Source: Chrysomallon squamiferum (lineage: Eukaryota; Animalia; Mollusca). Taken from it: a DNA stretch of 64,000 bases. Where the stretch lies: contig CM022670.1 of assembly GCA_012295275.1 (NCBI GenBank), positions 7,502,001 to 7,566,000 on the forward strand, given 5' to 3'. A model generated the notes under the pieces. The model was not told where the DNA came from. It made no database searches and saw nothing but the letters and a program-made list of their open reading frames with translations. The stretch's first letter is position 1. Every line of letters begins with the position of its first letter. The position numbers and the translations under genes were made by a program. Positions 1-15,372 of the stretch are shown here, one piece after another.

Positions 1-559
1 GTATTTTGATGAGGTAAGAACATAAAAACATTTTAAATTAATATCAAGTGACAACGACTTTTTTGTAGAATTAAAATTAATCTAAGAAAACATGGTCTTG
101 CTTAGTTTTAATTTTTTTAAATACGTCAGAAAATTATTTCAGTCTATGTTCGATTAAATTTAGAATATCTTCATGGTATTATCGAAAGGTTTCACGTGTC
201 CGATTACATCGATCCTTCACGATAATGCTTTCAGTCCTTTCTTTGAGAGGTCGAACTGTGGCCGCTGGATTAGGGAAGTTACTAATAGTTTTCATTTCTC
301 TGTGACAGTCAGGGAACTCAAGTGACAACATTTTGTTAGTTTTGTGACCATTAAGAATTGGTTTCTCTGCGTAGGATGTGATGAATTTGGTGTTACATCT
401 TACTGACTGTTTTGCTTTTAAAAATTCACTTTGAAAGTGGTCTCAACATTTTTACTGATGAATTATGTACATTGACATATTTGATCTCTCACTAGTTGCC
501 AAATTAGAGTTTCAGAGCTCTGTACTTCAGTCTGTCATCACAGCTTAAAGCTTTCTTAG

Positions 560-652
<93 letters not shown>

Positions 653-1620
653 TTGTTATTGTTATCCTTGTTTTTGTTATTGTTGTTGTTGTTGTTGTTG
701 TCAACATTATTATTTCTTTTTCTGCTGCTTAAAGTCACAACATCAAAAAGAAAAACTATGTTTGATTTGTATTTTAGATTGGACGTAGACCTACTTGTCT
801 AAGTGTTGAAGTTCATCGTACAGGACTTGTAGCCAAATGTCAGCCTGCTCCTGTCAAAGTCTACGACTATTATGAGCCAAGTGAGTTATATATATTATTC
901 ATATAATTTTATTTTATCCTATATCATTTCATTATTTCATGATTATTATTTTTCAATCTACAGTTAGCTAGCAGTATATTGAAGCATATCTTTATTGGTA
1001 ATTTCATTCAATCGCTAGTCTTTTTGAAACAGCATTTGAAATAAACTTTAGTCAAACATTTGAGCCATTTTCCTCGAATCAATGCAGATTGTATTCATCA
1101 GATATTATTGAGAAATTTCATGTGGCATACATAGACGAAAAGTTGATTGGGTAACAAAAATAATTTAAATCCAGTAGAATAAACGCTATAGAACAATCAT
1201 TTTAAAAACTGATACTTAAATACGTTTTATATCTTGTTTTCACAGGCAACAAGGCAGTGGTGTTTTATCAGTCGACTGTTCTGAGAAACACAAAAACTTG
1301 TGATGTTTGTATGGAGTGTCTTCAATGCAGGGTGAGTAAGAAAGTTAACATCTCTTATATACCTTAACACTAAACGTCTAACTTAAGTAAAACGGATCTC
1401 AGGATATGAAGACAACAGTAGAATAAAAAAACATCATTGATAAACAAAAACCTGTACATATACATGAAAGAAATCGGTAATTGTGATAATATTTACAGAC
1501 ATTTTAATAACTGATTTTATTTATTTATTTATTTAATTGCTTGTTTGAGTTTTTGTTTATTTGTTTGTTTGTCTGTCTGTTTGTTATTTCTTTTGTATTT
1601 TGTTCTTTCAGAAACGCTGA
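1..1620 (+). CDS. 3' end of a TEP/CD109-like paralog (MG8/receptor-binding domain and Cys-rich tail); 5' part lies outside the window
   Basis: Exons <1-13 (YFDE), 778-880 (IGRRPTCLSVEVHRTGLVAKCQPAPVKVYDYYEP), 1246-1331 (SNKAVVFYQSTVLRNTKTCDVCMECLQCR), 1612-1620 (KR*). All GT-AG with consistent phases. VYDYYEP is the alpha2M/TEP C-terminal motif. The 103-nt exon matches 54239-54341 of the downstream TEP. AATAAA at 1889-1894. Confidence 0.9.
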
Positions 1621-1784
1621 AGTGTAATTTTAGACGAATATGAACCGGTTACTCTGCTGAGACTGTTAAAATTAATATTTCTTTTTTTTTTACGAATATA
1701 TTTTTTTATTCTAAAATAATATGTTATTAAAAATACAAATACCAGATTCTCGTTGTTGTTTGTACTTTTCTGTATTTGAGTATG

Positions 1785-1863
<79 letters not shown>

Positions 1864-2310
1864 AAATGTGATCGATTATTATGAATACAATAAAAACCCG
1901 TCATCAGATCAGCAACAAAATTCGCAAGGCTTCAGTATAAGTATCGTATTTTGTGTTACCAAGCAATAGTCAGATATGTTCTTCGTAATTATTGCTCGTT
2001 AACATGGTTCAAGACTGAACAAAACCATATTCTGACACCCAACGTAAACACGATTTATCGTCGTTTAGGAAACCAGAGCTTCATGTTTCGTAATGAGTTA
2101 TGAGGTTAGGCCTCACCTAAGAAAAACATTAACAATCAGTCTACAATTTTAAAACAGTTTACATAATCAGTTTGCATTTTAATTTTTAAAATCATTCTAA
2201 AATAAATAAATAAATAAATAAATATTAACGTTATTCTTGACAGCAGAATTCACTAATAGTGTTCATTTGATCGATCTGTAATGGTAATTTATGTGGTAGA
2301 ATACTTTAAC

Positions 2311-2376
<66 letters not shown>

Positions 2377-3089
2377 GATTATACCGTCTTACCCTGCCCT
2401 TAATATAGATATTCATATGATTGTTTAATATTCTTTAATGTTTAACATAATTATTAAAATAAAAATGTAAACTAATACTTACCTATCCATATTTATTTTT
2501 GTTTCTTATTTACGTTCGATCAGTTGATGGGTTTACGGTTTTCAGTAAAATACGTACACAATTTACACACATATATACATTAAACTGTGGCTAGCGGCAG
2601 TTCGTTATATATATATATATGGGCTAGTCAACAAAATGTGGAATTTCGTAAGAGACTTGAACCAAGGCTGCTTGTTTCGATCACATAATTATACCGCATC
2701 GTGTTATTTATGGTTGTTTTTTCGTTTTGCCCTTATCGGAAGTTAGTGTCTGTTAGGCACGATTTCGGCTCTTATGAGCAGTTAAATAATCTACGTCACT
2801 GAACAAGACAAACTGCTTAGAAACGTCTAATCAAGGGCAAGAACTCTATATGACATTGAAAGGGAAGATTAGATGCATTCCATCAACAAGCTGCTTTTGT
2901 CTTTCAGAAAACATGTATTAAAGACAATATACCACTTTACATTAAATTAATTAACCCTCTGATTTACGAACTGGTGATCCAAGTTTGTATTCGCACGACC
3001 TCTAACAGGTCTTCTAAATACTCGCTGTCACATGGTCATCATGATGATGAAAGTTCAAAGTTTACTAGGCATTGAACATTAATGAACTG

Positions 3090-3185
3090 TTCAGCCAATC
3101 TGTTGTACAGTTGTGGTCGAAACGGCATCAGCGAATTTTGGAAATATGACGAATGTAATACAGTTTTAGTAAGAGACAGGTAAGT
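3090..3185 (+). promoter_or_regulatory. Probable promoter/non-coding first exon of the MFSD6-like gene
   Basis: AGCCAATC (CCAAT box) at 3093-3100 in a locally CpG-richer stretch, then a strong donor CAG|GTAAGT (exon end 3179). The next clear acceptor is at 11335. Linkage to the gene is inferred. Confidence 0.4.
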
Positions 3186-6100
3186 GATATTTTTTGTGTG
3201 AATTATTTACATTTAATAAAACAGGAATTACAAATATGCCAGCCTGTATAATTCATTAATTGCATTACCGTGTTTACGTACATTCATACATATTGTTTTT
3301 GATTAATTGTTTAAACTAAAAACACCTGTTACCGTTATAGTCACGAGAGAAAAAAAAAATCACGTGGACACAACTAATTTATAACAGGACTAAGAATACA
3401 AAGTATATAAAATAATTTTATATATATGTATTTATGTATGTTTCATTAATGTCAGATAATTTAATATCACAGTTTTATAGAGTAATATACACAGCTATTT
3501 CATATATAAATATGTTTATATATCACTGTATGTATATGTTTCTCTGTGTGTGTGTGTGTGTGTGTGTTTAAATCTATTTTACTATTGTTTAAATACAAAT
3601 GCCTTACATCAAGAAAATACTGTAATTACTATTTGACATAAATAATAATAAATGTATATTATCCTTTGCTGTTAAATACTGATATCATTATCTCCCTAAT
3701 GTGACTGCAGTAACATCATTGATATGCTGTATCGAATTGAGCATTTCTTTAACATTTTCAGATGCTAGAATTACTCACTTGTCCTTTGTTTTATCTTGTG
3801 TGTGAATTACCTCCCCACAAAAAAAAAGAAAGAAAGAAAGGTAAAACAAAAATGTTAAACTCACACAAAAATATAAATGCAACACACACATGCACACACA
3901 CACACACAAGGACAGAGACACACACCAGTAAAAGTAAAATGTATGCTTGACAATACTTATACATAATATAAAATGTATGACATTAAAATAACAAACTCTT
4001 GTGGCTGACATATGTATCACAATATACCCAGAAATAATAAAAAAAAGGATTCCTCTAGTTTATAATTTAACAGTATGACAATTTTTAAATTTTTTTTAAA
4101 TTTTTTTTTTTTATTCCTTTCTGTTAAATGTTACAAGATTAAGAGAGAATAACCCCATATTACCCCTCTCTCTCTCACACACACATATACCTACACACAC
4201 ACGTACACCTACATACACACACACACACACACATAGGCAGATGTATATATATTCAGAAATGAGATGTGTATACTGGTAGAGATGTCGGCAGTGTAAGTGA
4301 CATGTATTTTATAAATATCATCTCACTCTGAACATAAAGTTGCAATAACATGTCATTTGTGTGCTTTAGTTTCAAGTTTGGTTTAGAATGTGGTGAATAT
4401 AAAAAGAATGTAAAAATAGGATGTAACATTTCAATCATGGCATATTTTTGTTAAGCATTAAACAGTTTAAAGGCAGTAATTTATTTGCTAGTCATTTTCT
4501 CTATTTGCATCTTTAAAATATTTTTGTTGTCAGTCTCCTTTACAAAACTTAGTAACTGATAACCTTAAAGAATTATATCTTTATTTTTATTTAAAAACTT
4601 ACATTTTTAAACATATATGCATACATAGCTGAATGTAGAATGCATGCATAATATCATACAAACACTGACATGCATAAACAAATTTACAGTGCAGACATGT
4701 ACTAACACATTTTCAAAAGGATGTAAAAATCACATTCACAAATACACACTTGTATGTACATAGACACACACATACTCACACACACAGATAAACACATACA
4801 CACATACTTGGAGGTCAAAACAAAGTCAGTTAATTAGGAAATAATACAGTTTTATTAAGATAATGGTAAGTGATTTTTTTTGTGTGAATTATATATCAGA
4901 CTATATAATATACATTCTTTATTATTATCAATTATTTTTATCAATATTTATTTATTTAGTTAGTTAGTTAGTTAATTATATCCATTTACTAATGTAAACA
5001 TATACAATTTTAGAATAACAGGATAGGACACAAGTACACACACATGTACAGACACACAATGTAAGATCTAGTTTATTGTGGTTAATAAGTAAAATATAGC
5101 TGTGACAGACTTTCTAAATAACATTTACAGGCTCTAATGAGAGAACTGGGTTTTCAGTGAAAGTTTCCAGAGAATACTAACTTGTTTGATGAATTATTTA
5201 ATTCTGGTGGAGTGACAGACAGTTATTTCAATTATGTATCAAGTAGTTACTGCTTCTTCAAAGTGTTTAATTTGTTGCCTTGTAATAAACTGATATGGAA
5301 ATAATGTTGAACATTTGAAAATGTATATGTACGTTGTTTGAAAATTTAGGCAATAATTTAATATTGAAATTAAAATAGCTTGCATTTTTGTCAATTTACT
5401 TTCACATGACTATGGAGATACAACATAAACACACTGAAACAAATACATAACATACACAGACAAGCATGTGCACACAAAAATACACATACAGCTGCAAAGA
5501 CATGTACACATATATATGCACACATTCCTTTCCACATATATCTGCCACACCAAACATCCCCTATGCACATATACACAAGCACATAAGAACAAACATATGT
5601 ACAAACAAAGATTAATATGTATCAGATAAATTGTCATTGGAATATCAAAAAAATAAACAAGATAAAAGATGAAAGACACCTTTATGTACATTTAAAAATA
5701 TCTGATTTAATAAATTGGAAAGATTTCACTCTTTTCAGTGCAAGCCGACACTTTAGAAAATTATTGAGATCATTTTGATCTTAATTTATTGAACCAGTTC
5801 AACCACAGGACATCATTTTAAAGAAAAAGAAAGGAATGATGATAAAACATTTAATCAGGAACTAGTCAGGTTTGACAAATAAATTTAATTTTGAGAGGTT
5901 ATTTTGGTAAATTTGATTGTGTTAAACCAAGTGTACACACAGTATTAGGTTTTAGGGATAATACATTTTTAAAAAAACAACAACTTTGTTATCATTTGAA
6001 ACTATAAAACTGACAATATTTTTGTAGCTGAGATGTAAAATACTGGTTTTAAAAACAATGGATTGGGGAATTGATTATTCTGATTGTAGCCTAAGGGTTA

Positions 6101-9100
6101 TATTGCATTCCAGACAAGAGTCCCAAAAGTCATTTATCCTTTCTGTGGGAAGGTACTTATAATGGATTAGTTTCTGCTAATCATGAAGTGTCTGCAATAA
6201 ACTTCCTATCTGCTACCATTGTTTTATTGGTGTGTCTGTCTGTCAGTTTGTCAATCTATCCGTCTGCTTGTCTTTCTGTCTGATTGTGTTTGTCTGTTTC
6301 TCTGCCTGTCTCCCTGGGAAACTTGATATTAAAATGTGTCAATCTGTCAACAAATAAATACTAAGTTAATGAAAATGTTTTGTTGATCATGCTCTGTCTC
6401 TTACTGGAATGTTTCATTGTATGATCTTGCTCTGTCTTCTGATGATCTGTACATTATCCTGAAGAGATAAAAGAGGATAATCCATCCTTTGATCCGATCT
6501 TCAAACTAATGACTAGGAGTTTTACATGAACAACCCTTGTTCTTGTTCTTCTAAACCTGTAATCAACATCGATACCATCAATCTATTGCTTTTTTGTTGT
6601 TGAAGACGCTTCTAACAGGAGATGTATATGTGTGTGTGTGTGTGTGATTGAATGAATGGTGGGTAATGAGAGATGGGCGATGGGAGTGGTCCTGAGATAA
6701 ATGAATCATTGAAAACGGCCCTTTCAGCTGTCTACCACGTGTCTTTGCCTTCGCAATCTTTGACCAGCTTATTGATTTTCTTTGCAAACTGTTGCTCCGT
6801 TATTTGATTCCATGAGACAGCCATCTAACAAATTGTACAGTAATGTGGCTATTACCATTTGTATAATGTTGCTTTTCTCCCACTGGAGAGATTTGTACAA
6901 CTAGGTGTGTTAAAGCAGACTTTACTATGACTTGAACATTTTAATTTTTTTTTTTTTCTAAATTTAAATATTTCTTCATTTTGTGTTTGGATTTCAAATG
7001 TTTCGTTTGTCAGCTGTGATGGTTTAAACTTTGTCAAACAGATGTTGTGACTTTGATAATTTACATGGTAAGAGTTTCTTTTGGATTTTTAAAAAAAAAT
7101 TGTTATTTTAAAATTAGCTACTTTATTGATTGTATTTGAACAGGTTATCAGTAAAAAGATTTGGGTAATTTGTAAAAAAACTGAGATTTGACATATTGAC
7201 ATTGATTTAAAAATATATTTTTGTTTTAAAATTTAAAAAAGCATGAAAAGCAGCTAAAACAGAATAAATAACATCGTGGATTTTTATTCATCTCAACTTT
7301 TTCAAATATGGTTGTAAATTATTTGAAAATGAAGCATGGAGACTGATTTCTGTGAATAATTTTATTTTCTATGTTATTCAGAATTTCCTGCTATGCCTAG
7401 CATATGAATGAAATATTATTAATAAGCAGTGTTGTTGGTAGTCTTTAAAAAAAGAAAATGAATACAATTCTATGAACTATTAATTGTAAAATGTATTGAT
7501 AACATCAAATGCTATCAAGATAGTATAACCCTGTTAGAAATATTTTTAATTTTGGATATTATTATTTTTATTATTATCATTTTTTTATTTTTATTATTGT
7601 TGTTGTTGTTGTTAATGTTAATGTTATTGTTATTATTATTGCTATTGTTATTATTATATTACTTTAGTTTTTTTGGCAGTACTTAAACATAATACTTGAT
7701 GACCTGCAGTGTAGTATATAAAATAATTTTCTACTTGGCTGTAGACCCATTATATCAACATCTGTGACTTCTAGATATGAATCAAGAGTCTATTTGTCGT
7801 TGTCATTTTTGTCACAGGACACATATTAATAGTTAATTATTTCAGTAGTTGATATGATGTATTTATTTAACTGTAGTGGTTATTTTCTTTCGTAACATGA
7901 AAACTGCAAAAATGTAAATGTAAATGATGATTAGTAATTTCTAAATAGAAAGGTCAATGTCATAATTATTTTAAATACACATCATTTAAAAACAGTAGAT
8001 TATGACAGATTTTGAATCCTTAGCCAATTTCTTATCCAGTGATATGAAGTTTGTTTAGTTTGATTGACATATTAGTGGAAAACTAGGGTCTAAAGATATG
8101 TCCATATCTGACCAAAAATCAAAACTGTGGAATGTGATATTTTCTAAGTAAATATTTCTGTGAGAAATATTTGAAAAATAAATTTCCCAACCAAACTGAA
8201 CAAATAAGTCACAGTGAAATGTGGAAGTGTGGGGTATAATATTTAAAAACTTCTGTGTTATTTTACACTGAATGATCCTATTGCATGTGCTATATTTATT
8301 TTTATAGTTACACCTGTTACTGCTTCTGTTGTTACTGTTACCACTGCTATCATTATTGTTGTGATTATGCTTGTTATTGTTATTATATAGCTATTAATAC
8401 TAAATAATAATAACATGTGACAGTTCTGGTATGTAACTTCTTTTTTTATCAGTTTCTTCACTAATAATACCAAAATACAAAATATTACAAGTATCAATAA
8501 CAATAGGTAACTGCAATAGCTTTTTAATATTATTTTCTATATTTTAATATGAAAAATACTAACATTATTTAAAGACAGTGAAGGTGTTAGTGTGTTAGAG
8601 AATTAGGAAATAATGTGTTGAGTTTACACATTATCTGATACTAGTCAAAGTTGTCTGATGAAAGACGTGATTCCATTTTCTCTGCAGACGTAAATCTTAT
8701 TATTTAACCATTGTGATGTCAGAGGCTGGTATTAAAATTCAGACTACAGGTAAAAATATTGATTTTGGTTTTTTTTTGGTTTTTTTATTCTCATCCAAAT
8801 CAGTTGCTTCAGATAATTTTCTGCTTAGAAAGGATGTAAAACTGCAGAGAGGAAGTCTGGAGTAAATAACGGATTCCTGAATTTGTTTTTCCTATGTAGA
8901 GTATGTTTTATTATTAGTGTGGAGTTAAGGATTCCATTCTTGAAGCTTCTATGTAAGTCAGATTGTATTGTTCGTTGGAACACATTCTCAAACAGGAGTC
9001 AACTGTTAATTTCTACAATTACTGGAACAGTTTTAAATACATTTTATTATTAATGATAGTCTAATCTGTATGAGGAACAAGAAAATTAGGAACACTGTTG

Positions 9101-10886
9101 TTCTCTTACTGCAACAGTTTCAGTAATTATTCATTTGTTTTAATTCTAGACTATAACATAAATAAGAACTCATATCCTTTACAGAACATTTTCAAGACAT
9201 TTATTTTTTAATTCTTAACTGTACTATACATAGGAACAAATTGCTGTATAGTGTCATATACTCAACAGAACATTTTCAAGACATTAATAGATTTTTTAAT
9301 TCTTAACTGTAATATGAGATTTAAAAGGTTTAAAAATTCAGAAATAATATTAATTAGAAAATTAATAAAATAGTTATAAGAAGAAGAAAAATATCAAAAT
9401 CAAAATGAAACAGAAAGCAGAAAATAATGTCTGCAAAGAAGAAAACATTTTAAAAATAAGAAAAGAAATTGAAAACCTCATTATTTTCTACAAATGTCAC
9501 AATATTAACTGATAAAAACAAAATTGAAACTGTATGAGAAACAGATTAATCAGAAATGAGAGTAGAAAAAAAATAAGAATAAAATAAAAGATATTAATTT
9601 TTTTTTCTTCTGAAAGCCACACCAAAATTAAAAAATTATTACTGAACTAAATAAATCAATATTAGTTACTTTTATTGTGAATGGTGTGTCATTTGAAGTT
9701 TTGTGTGTGTGTGTGTGTGTGTGTGAATGTGTTTGTGTTGACGATGTCACAATTTTGCTTTTTTAATTGTTACTTTACTAAAACTTTGTATGTGTAATAC
9801 ATAGTGATAACAACAATAACAGAAAACAACAGTAAAAATAATAATACTGTAATAATATTAATAATAACAGCAGCAGCTGCATCAGCAGCAACAACAACAT
9901 CTACATCAGCAACAACAGCAACAAAAACAATAAAGCAAGAGCAAGAATAATAATAGTAGTAAAAATTAATAATAAGAACAATAATGTTAAAAACAAAACA
10001 ACATCAGACTTAAAATAATAGTAATATTAAGAAAAACAACATTGTTAACTGAACTTTGTAGGTAATATTTTTATTAATATTTCTAAAGTAATCACTTTTC
10101 AAACAATTCAGTTCTGTGTAAATCTAACAGTGATCTGATTTATTGAAAATATCTGACCCAGTGTGTTTATAAATTACTTTTTTTGAAATGCTATCAGATT
10201 CTGATTAACAACAAAAGTTTCTTTTTATCACCTGCAGATGAACTCTGGTACTTTCCTTAGAGGGAATGTCCATGACAGTATTAATGCCAGAAATCTCTTG
10301 TGTCTATAAATGGCATTTTCATAAATGAAATTACTAAAAAAAAACATTAAAAAAATACCCCAAACCCAGCAACAACAACCAAAAAAAACCCCCAAAATCA
10401 AACAACAACAAATAATAATAATAATAATAATAATTTTAAAACAAGAATGTTTTATTTAGAAACTTCGGCCAGCATTCAACCATTGAATTATCACCTGCTT
10501 GAAAATAATAGAAATTCTTCATCATTTTTGATAACGGCATGAAAATACAAGACCACTATTTATTTATTGATGTCTTGTCTGTCTGTCTTTCTTGTACAAA
10601 AACACACATTTCAAAATATTTAATTTCATCTGGCTAATTTAAAACTCTCATTGTCACACTATTTTGAAGATAATTGATTCATTGCTTCAGATAAATTGAC
10701 AGATTTGGGCTTGTTAAATATGATTAACATCGGTTTGTCTGTCACTGGTCCTTCTCATCTCTACAAATTACTGCAAGAATTTTAAATTTTCTGTGGTGTG
10801 GTTTGCCTGTTATTCAGTTATCTGGAAACCATTATTATTTATCATCCTCATCATTATTAATTAATTAATTGTTGTTGTTTTTCTTG

Positions 10887-10939
<53 letters not shown>

Positions 10940-10946
<7 letters not shown>

Positions 10947-11200
10947 TTAATATTTTATCTGAGTTGTACAAAGGTTATCTCTTGGTTATCTACTCGAGAC
11001 TGGACATGCTGAGTGTTCTAAAAACAACCACTTGAATTATCTTGTTTTTAAAAACTGTAGTCCAACAAACGTGCTTCACATCACCTTCTATTTCTAATAC
11101 ATCACAACTACTAATATTAGCATTACTTTTACTACTACCACTACTACTAGTACTACTAATAATAATAATCAGAATAACAAAAACAACAGAAGTAATACTA
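10940..11200 (+). repeat. Dispersed repeat or segmental copy 1 (about 260 bp)
   Basis: TATCTGAGTTGTACAAAGGTTATCTC...CAAACGTGCTTCACATCACCTTCTATTTCTAAT is near-identical to 21365-21630, same orientation, both embedded in (TAT)n/(TAC)n tracts. Confidence 0.85.
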
Positions 11201-11452
11201 GTATTAATATTACTGTAATTATTGTTATTATTATTATTACTGTTCTTACTGTCATTATTGTTATTATTATTATTACTGTTCTTACTGCCATTATTGTTAC
11301 TAATTTCAAAAAATTTTTTTTTTTTTTTTCCACAGACACTCAACAGCAGTGAAAAACTATGATATCAAAGAAAGACATTAGCGTTGTTAAATCTGCTGCA
11401 GTCTACAGCTGATGACATCAACTTCTAACAAGCAGACGTCATTGTTTGTGAC

Positions 11453-13615
11453 ATGGAGTCAACCATGGCGATCTCCGAAGAGATTCATTCTGACACTGAC
11501 ACCAAGAGAAAGTGGTACATGATCAACACCAGACTGCTTCCTGTCAAAGGATGCTACTTCTTTTTCTTTGCAGGTATCATGGTGATCACTGATGTATTAC
11601 AGTATTCTGTCTGTCTGGTGTTTGTAAATATGTGTGTGTGTGTCTGCATTTTTCACATCTGCAGTTGTCATGATGAATGCACAACATATAAACGAGTGTC
11701 TATATTTTTAGCTTTTTTTTAGTTCAGTCTTGTTAAATTTCTGATTGTTGTTAACATCATTGCTTGTGACAAGCTGTAATACTAGTTTAACTTTTAAATA
11801 TTTTCTGAAAATGATGATTATTTTGACTGTAAACCAATTCCTTTCAAAATGCAGATATTTAGTGAAGATTTATAATAAGAATAAAAAAAAAAAAAAAAAG
11901 CTGATATTAAGCAAGATTCATCTTGCTAGTAAAACTCTTTGTATTATTATTATTATTATTATTTTTTTTTTTTCCAGCTATTGGAGACTTGTTACCTTTC
12001 ATTCCTATTTATATGAAGCAGCAGGGTCTATCTACCTCTGAAACGGGAATCATTTATGGAATCCTGCCATTTGTGGCATTTTTTACCTCTCCTATTGTTG
12101 GTGGTATAGCTGACAGAATTAAGAAACACAAACTGGTGTTAGTTGTGTGTATACTGTTAGTGGGCATTTTCTACACGTCCCTGGTAGCCATCCCCAGCAG
12201 CCACACTGAGAGAGTGGTCAAAATCAGGACAAACATCCACTGCAATCCAGAGGATTCTTTTATCAGAGATTGTGTGGAATATGTTGATAAGAACGAAGCC
12301 TGCTACTTGACACTAAGTGAATATGGAAATCTGACTTCAAACAGAAATGCTAGTCAACGTGTGTCGTGCAATGTGCAGTGCAGTTTCGCAGAACCTGGTG
12401 CCTACAATTCTGAAGTGTGTTTTGCCAAGGATGCAGGGTCATACAGAAACAGAAAGAAGTGTGTGGATATTTGGATTAGTGCCAGCTCTGATCAGGTTGT
12501 AAAGTTTAAGCTGTCCAATGTCTCTGAAATCATCAGACACGAGATTATCCGAGATGCCATAGAGCTGCCTCATCTTCACTGCAGAGAATATGATCTCAAA
12601 CACATACTGTACGGTCAGACTGCCTACTGGCAGATCCTGTGTGAGAAAGAATCCATCCTGCATTGTGTTCTCACATGTCAACATTTTGTTGGCAGTAAAT
12701 GCCAAGCAGCTTTTGAATTCAAAAATCAGTTTGGCTTCACTTTCTGGATGCTTTTTGTCATTCTGCTTCTTGCCTACATTGTGTTTTCTCCGATAGTAAG
12801 CATAATTGATGCTGTCACATACACAATACTGGGAAACACTCGCAGTAAATGGGGACAACAGAGACTGTGGGGAACTGCAGGCTTTGCTGTTTTTGCTGTA
12901 ACTTCAACATTCATCATGGACATGGAGAGCAAAAATCAAAAAAAAATAGACTACTCCATTTCCTTTTACATCTTCTTAGGCTTGTGCATCTCAGCTGCTG
13001 TTAATGCCTGTTTCATCAAGTTTTCTAGCAAAATTTCGTGTGGACAGTTCTTTAAAAATGTTGTCCGTCTCTTGACAAATCCTCGCATTGCTTCATTCTT
13101 GGTGGTTGTGACTATCTTTGGCATGTTTACTGGAGCCATTGAAGGGTTTCTCTTCTGGTATCTGCTGGATCTTGGCAGCTCACAGAAGATTCTTGGTCTG
13201 GCTCTGGCTGCCAACTGCATTCCTGAGCTGTTCTGTCTCTCCTTCTCTGGGAAAATCATCCAGAAGATAGGCCATTTGCCATGTCTCTACATATCCAGTG
13301 CAGCATATGTCTTGCGATTTTTGAGCTATTCTTTTATCAGTGATCCGTGGTATGTGCTTCTAATTGAACCACTTCATGGAGTGACGTTTGGGCTGATGTG
13401 GGCAGCAGCAACATCATATGCCAGCATCATAGCACCACCTGGCATGGCAGCTGTAACACAAGGTTTGATTGGTGGACTGCACTTTGGTTTTGGTAAGTAA
13501 ATATCATAATCATCACTGTTGCATATAGAGTACGTCAGAGAACTCACTTCATCATACACTGTTAAAGTGAAATCTGCTCATGATAAAAACATAAAATATT
13601 CTTTATTAACTTAAA

Positions 13616-13651
<36 letters not shown>

Positions 13652-14460
13652 TTTTTTTTTTTTTAATATATCCATACTGGTTTTTTTTTTAAACTTAATG
13701 GAAGTTGAAAATGTTTCTCTTTCTTTCATTTCCTGAATGCTTGCTAACTAAATCTTTATTAAAAAAAAAAAAAAAAAAAAACATTTGATAAAATGTTCAA
13801 CCAGTCCCTTATTTATGACAAATGACAAACAGCACAAACTTTATTAATTTTCACGACAAGTTCTGGATTGGTGGCTTTCAGTTCAGCTGTGTGATTATGT
13901 CTGAAGAGTGACAGATAACAGTATCTGTTCTCATAGATAGAACCATTGAACTGTTTCCCAGTACACCCACTGCCCTTTGTTTAGTGTACAGCATTGGTTA
14001 CAAGCTTTCTGGACAGAGAGAAAGAAACTGTTAAAGTTAATTTTCCATGCTAATTGTTAAAATCAAAAATAATCATCATGTTCTTTCAGTTGTCATGAGA
14101 GACAGCTGGTTCTGTTATTAATGGTCTGTAATCAGTATTTGTATGTGTTTGTTTTGAGGAATCATTAAGTAGGGCAAATTGGAGACTGATGAACCATTTT
14201 CAAGATTTTTTGGACATTTCAGCTAAACTGTGATAGCTGTTGACTGAAAAACAGCTGATGTTTTCAGAGGCAATATTGCTCTTGATTAAAATAAAACAGA
14301 GTTTTATACATTGCCTTCAACAACATCATTATGGGAGATACTTATGTAACAGGGTCAATGGTTTTCTGAGAAATTGTCAACTTTTGGTTGTAACATTATA
14401 TTTTGAAATGCAAACAGGCAAACAAAAAAAACAAAAACAAAAAAATCTTGAAGAATTGTA

Positions 14461-14492
<32 letters not shown>

Positions 14493-15372
14493 ATATTTAT
14501 TTGTTATTTGTTTATTTGCTTATTTATTTATTTATTTTACTATATATTTGTTTATTTATTTATTTATTTGTTATACTTATTTATTTATTTACTTTATTGT
14601 TTACTAAACTGAAAGGTAAAGGAAGTGGATGTTTGATCACTGGTTTCCTCTTTGAAGTGTTGACAGAACGATGGACGTTTCGACTTTTGGCGGGTGTTTC
14701 ACTTTTAGCTCTTGTTGTGTACCTTCTAGTTAACATTTTTGTTTTCAAAGAAACAAAACCTGGGAAAGGACCTGCATATGCAGTCACCGACAATAAAGGT
14801 TAGATATTTAAAATATTTTATAAATAAACTTCAGAAACATGTTACATAAATAGGCAAAATTGACACAATCAAAATAAACTTGTAGTTGTGCACAAACAAT
14901 ACATCAGACAGTCAGAGTTTTATAATTACATTTAAATATTATTTAACTATTCACTGCTGTTTATATATACACACATAGAAACACATGCATAAAGATGCAT
15001 ACACAAACACATACATGATCTTGTATACACATCAGTGAATACTTAGACACATACATACGTATTTACAAAGGCACATACACATATACATACACATACATAC
15101 TGATTGAAATTTGCTCATATTTACATCTATGTGATCTTACACAAACATGAGAACACACAAGCACATATATGTGTGTGTGTGTGTGTCTGCACACATAGAC
15201 CTCTGTCTGTCTGTCTACATGAACATCTTCTGATCTGTGTTAATTGTTATTTTCAGAAGACTATGATGAAGATTCCTCTGCAGTCCATGACCACCTAGTT
15301 AGTGACTGTTCTAGTGACTCCCCCACCAAACTCAGTCACAAAACTGAAGATGTTGCCATAGAAACCGAATAG
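11453..15372 (+). CDS. MFSD6: Major facilitator superfamily domain-containing protein 6-like transporter, about 644 aa
   Basis: Coding exons 11453-11573, 11978-13492, 14616-14798, 15257-15372 (TAG), all phase-1 introns with GT-AG. Motifs INTRLLPVKGCYFFFFA, GGIADR, WGQQRLWGTAG, EPLHGVTFGLMWAA, QGLIGGLHFGFGKGSG, plus a large Cys-rich loop after the early TM helices. Confidence 0.9.

Noticed and set aside
9181-9311. Short direct repeat ACAGAACATTTTCAAGACATT...TTTTAATTCTTAACTGTA
   Set aside because: Ordinary intronic slippage duplication with no functional cue.
12439-13559. Antisense and alternate-frame ORFs over MFSD6 (also 43760-44002, 56709-57017, 57450-57638, 58686-58874)
   Set aside because: Shadows of real coding exons on the opposite strand or in another frame.
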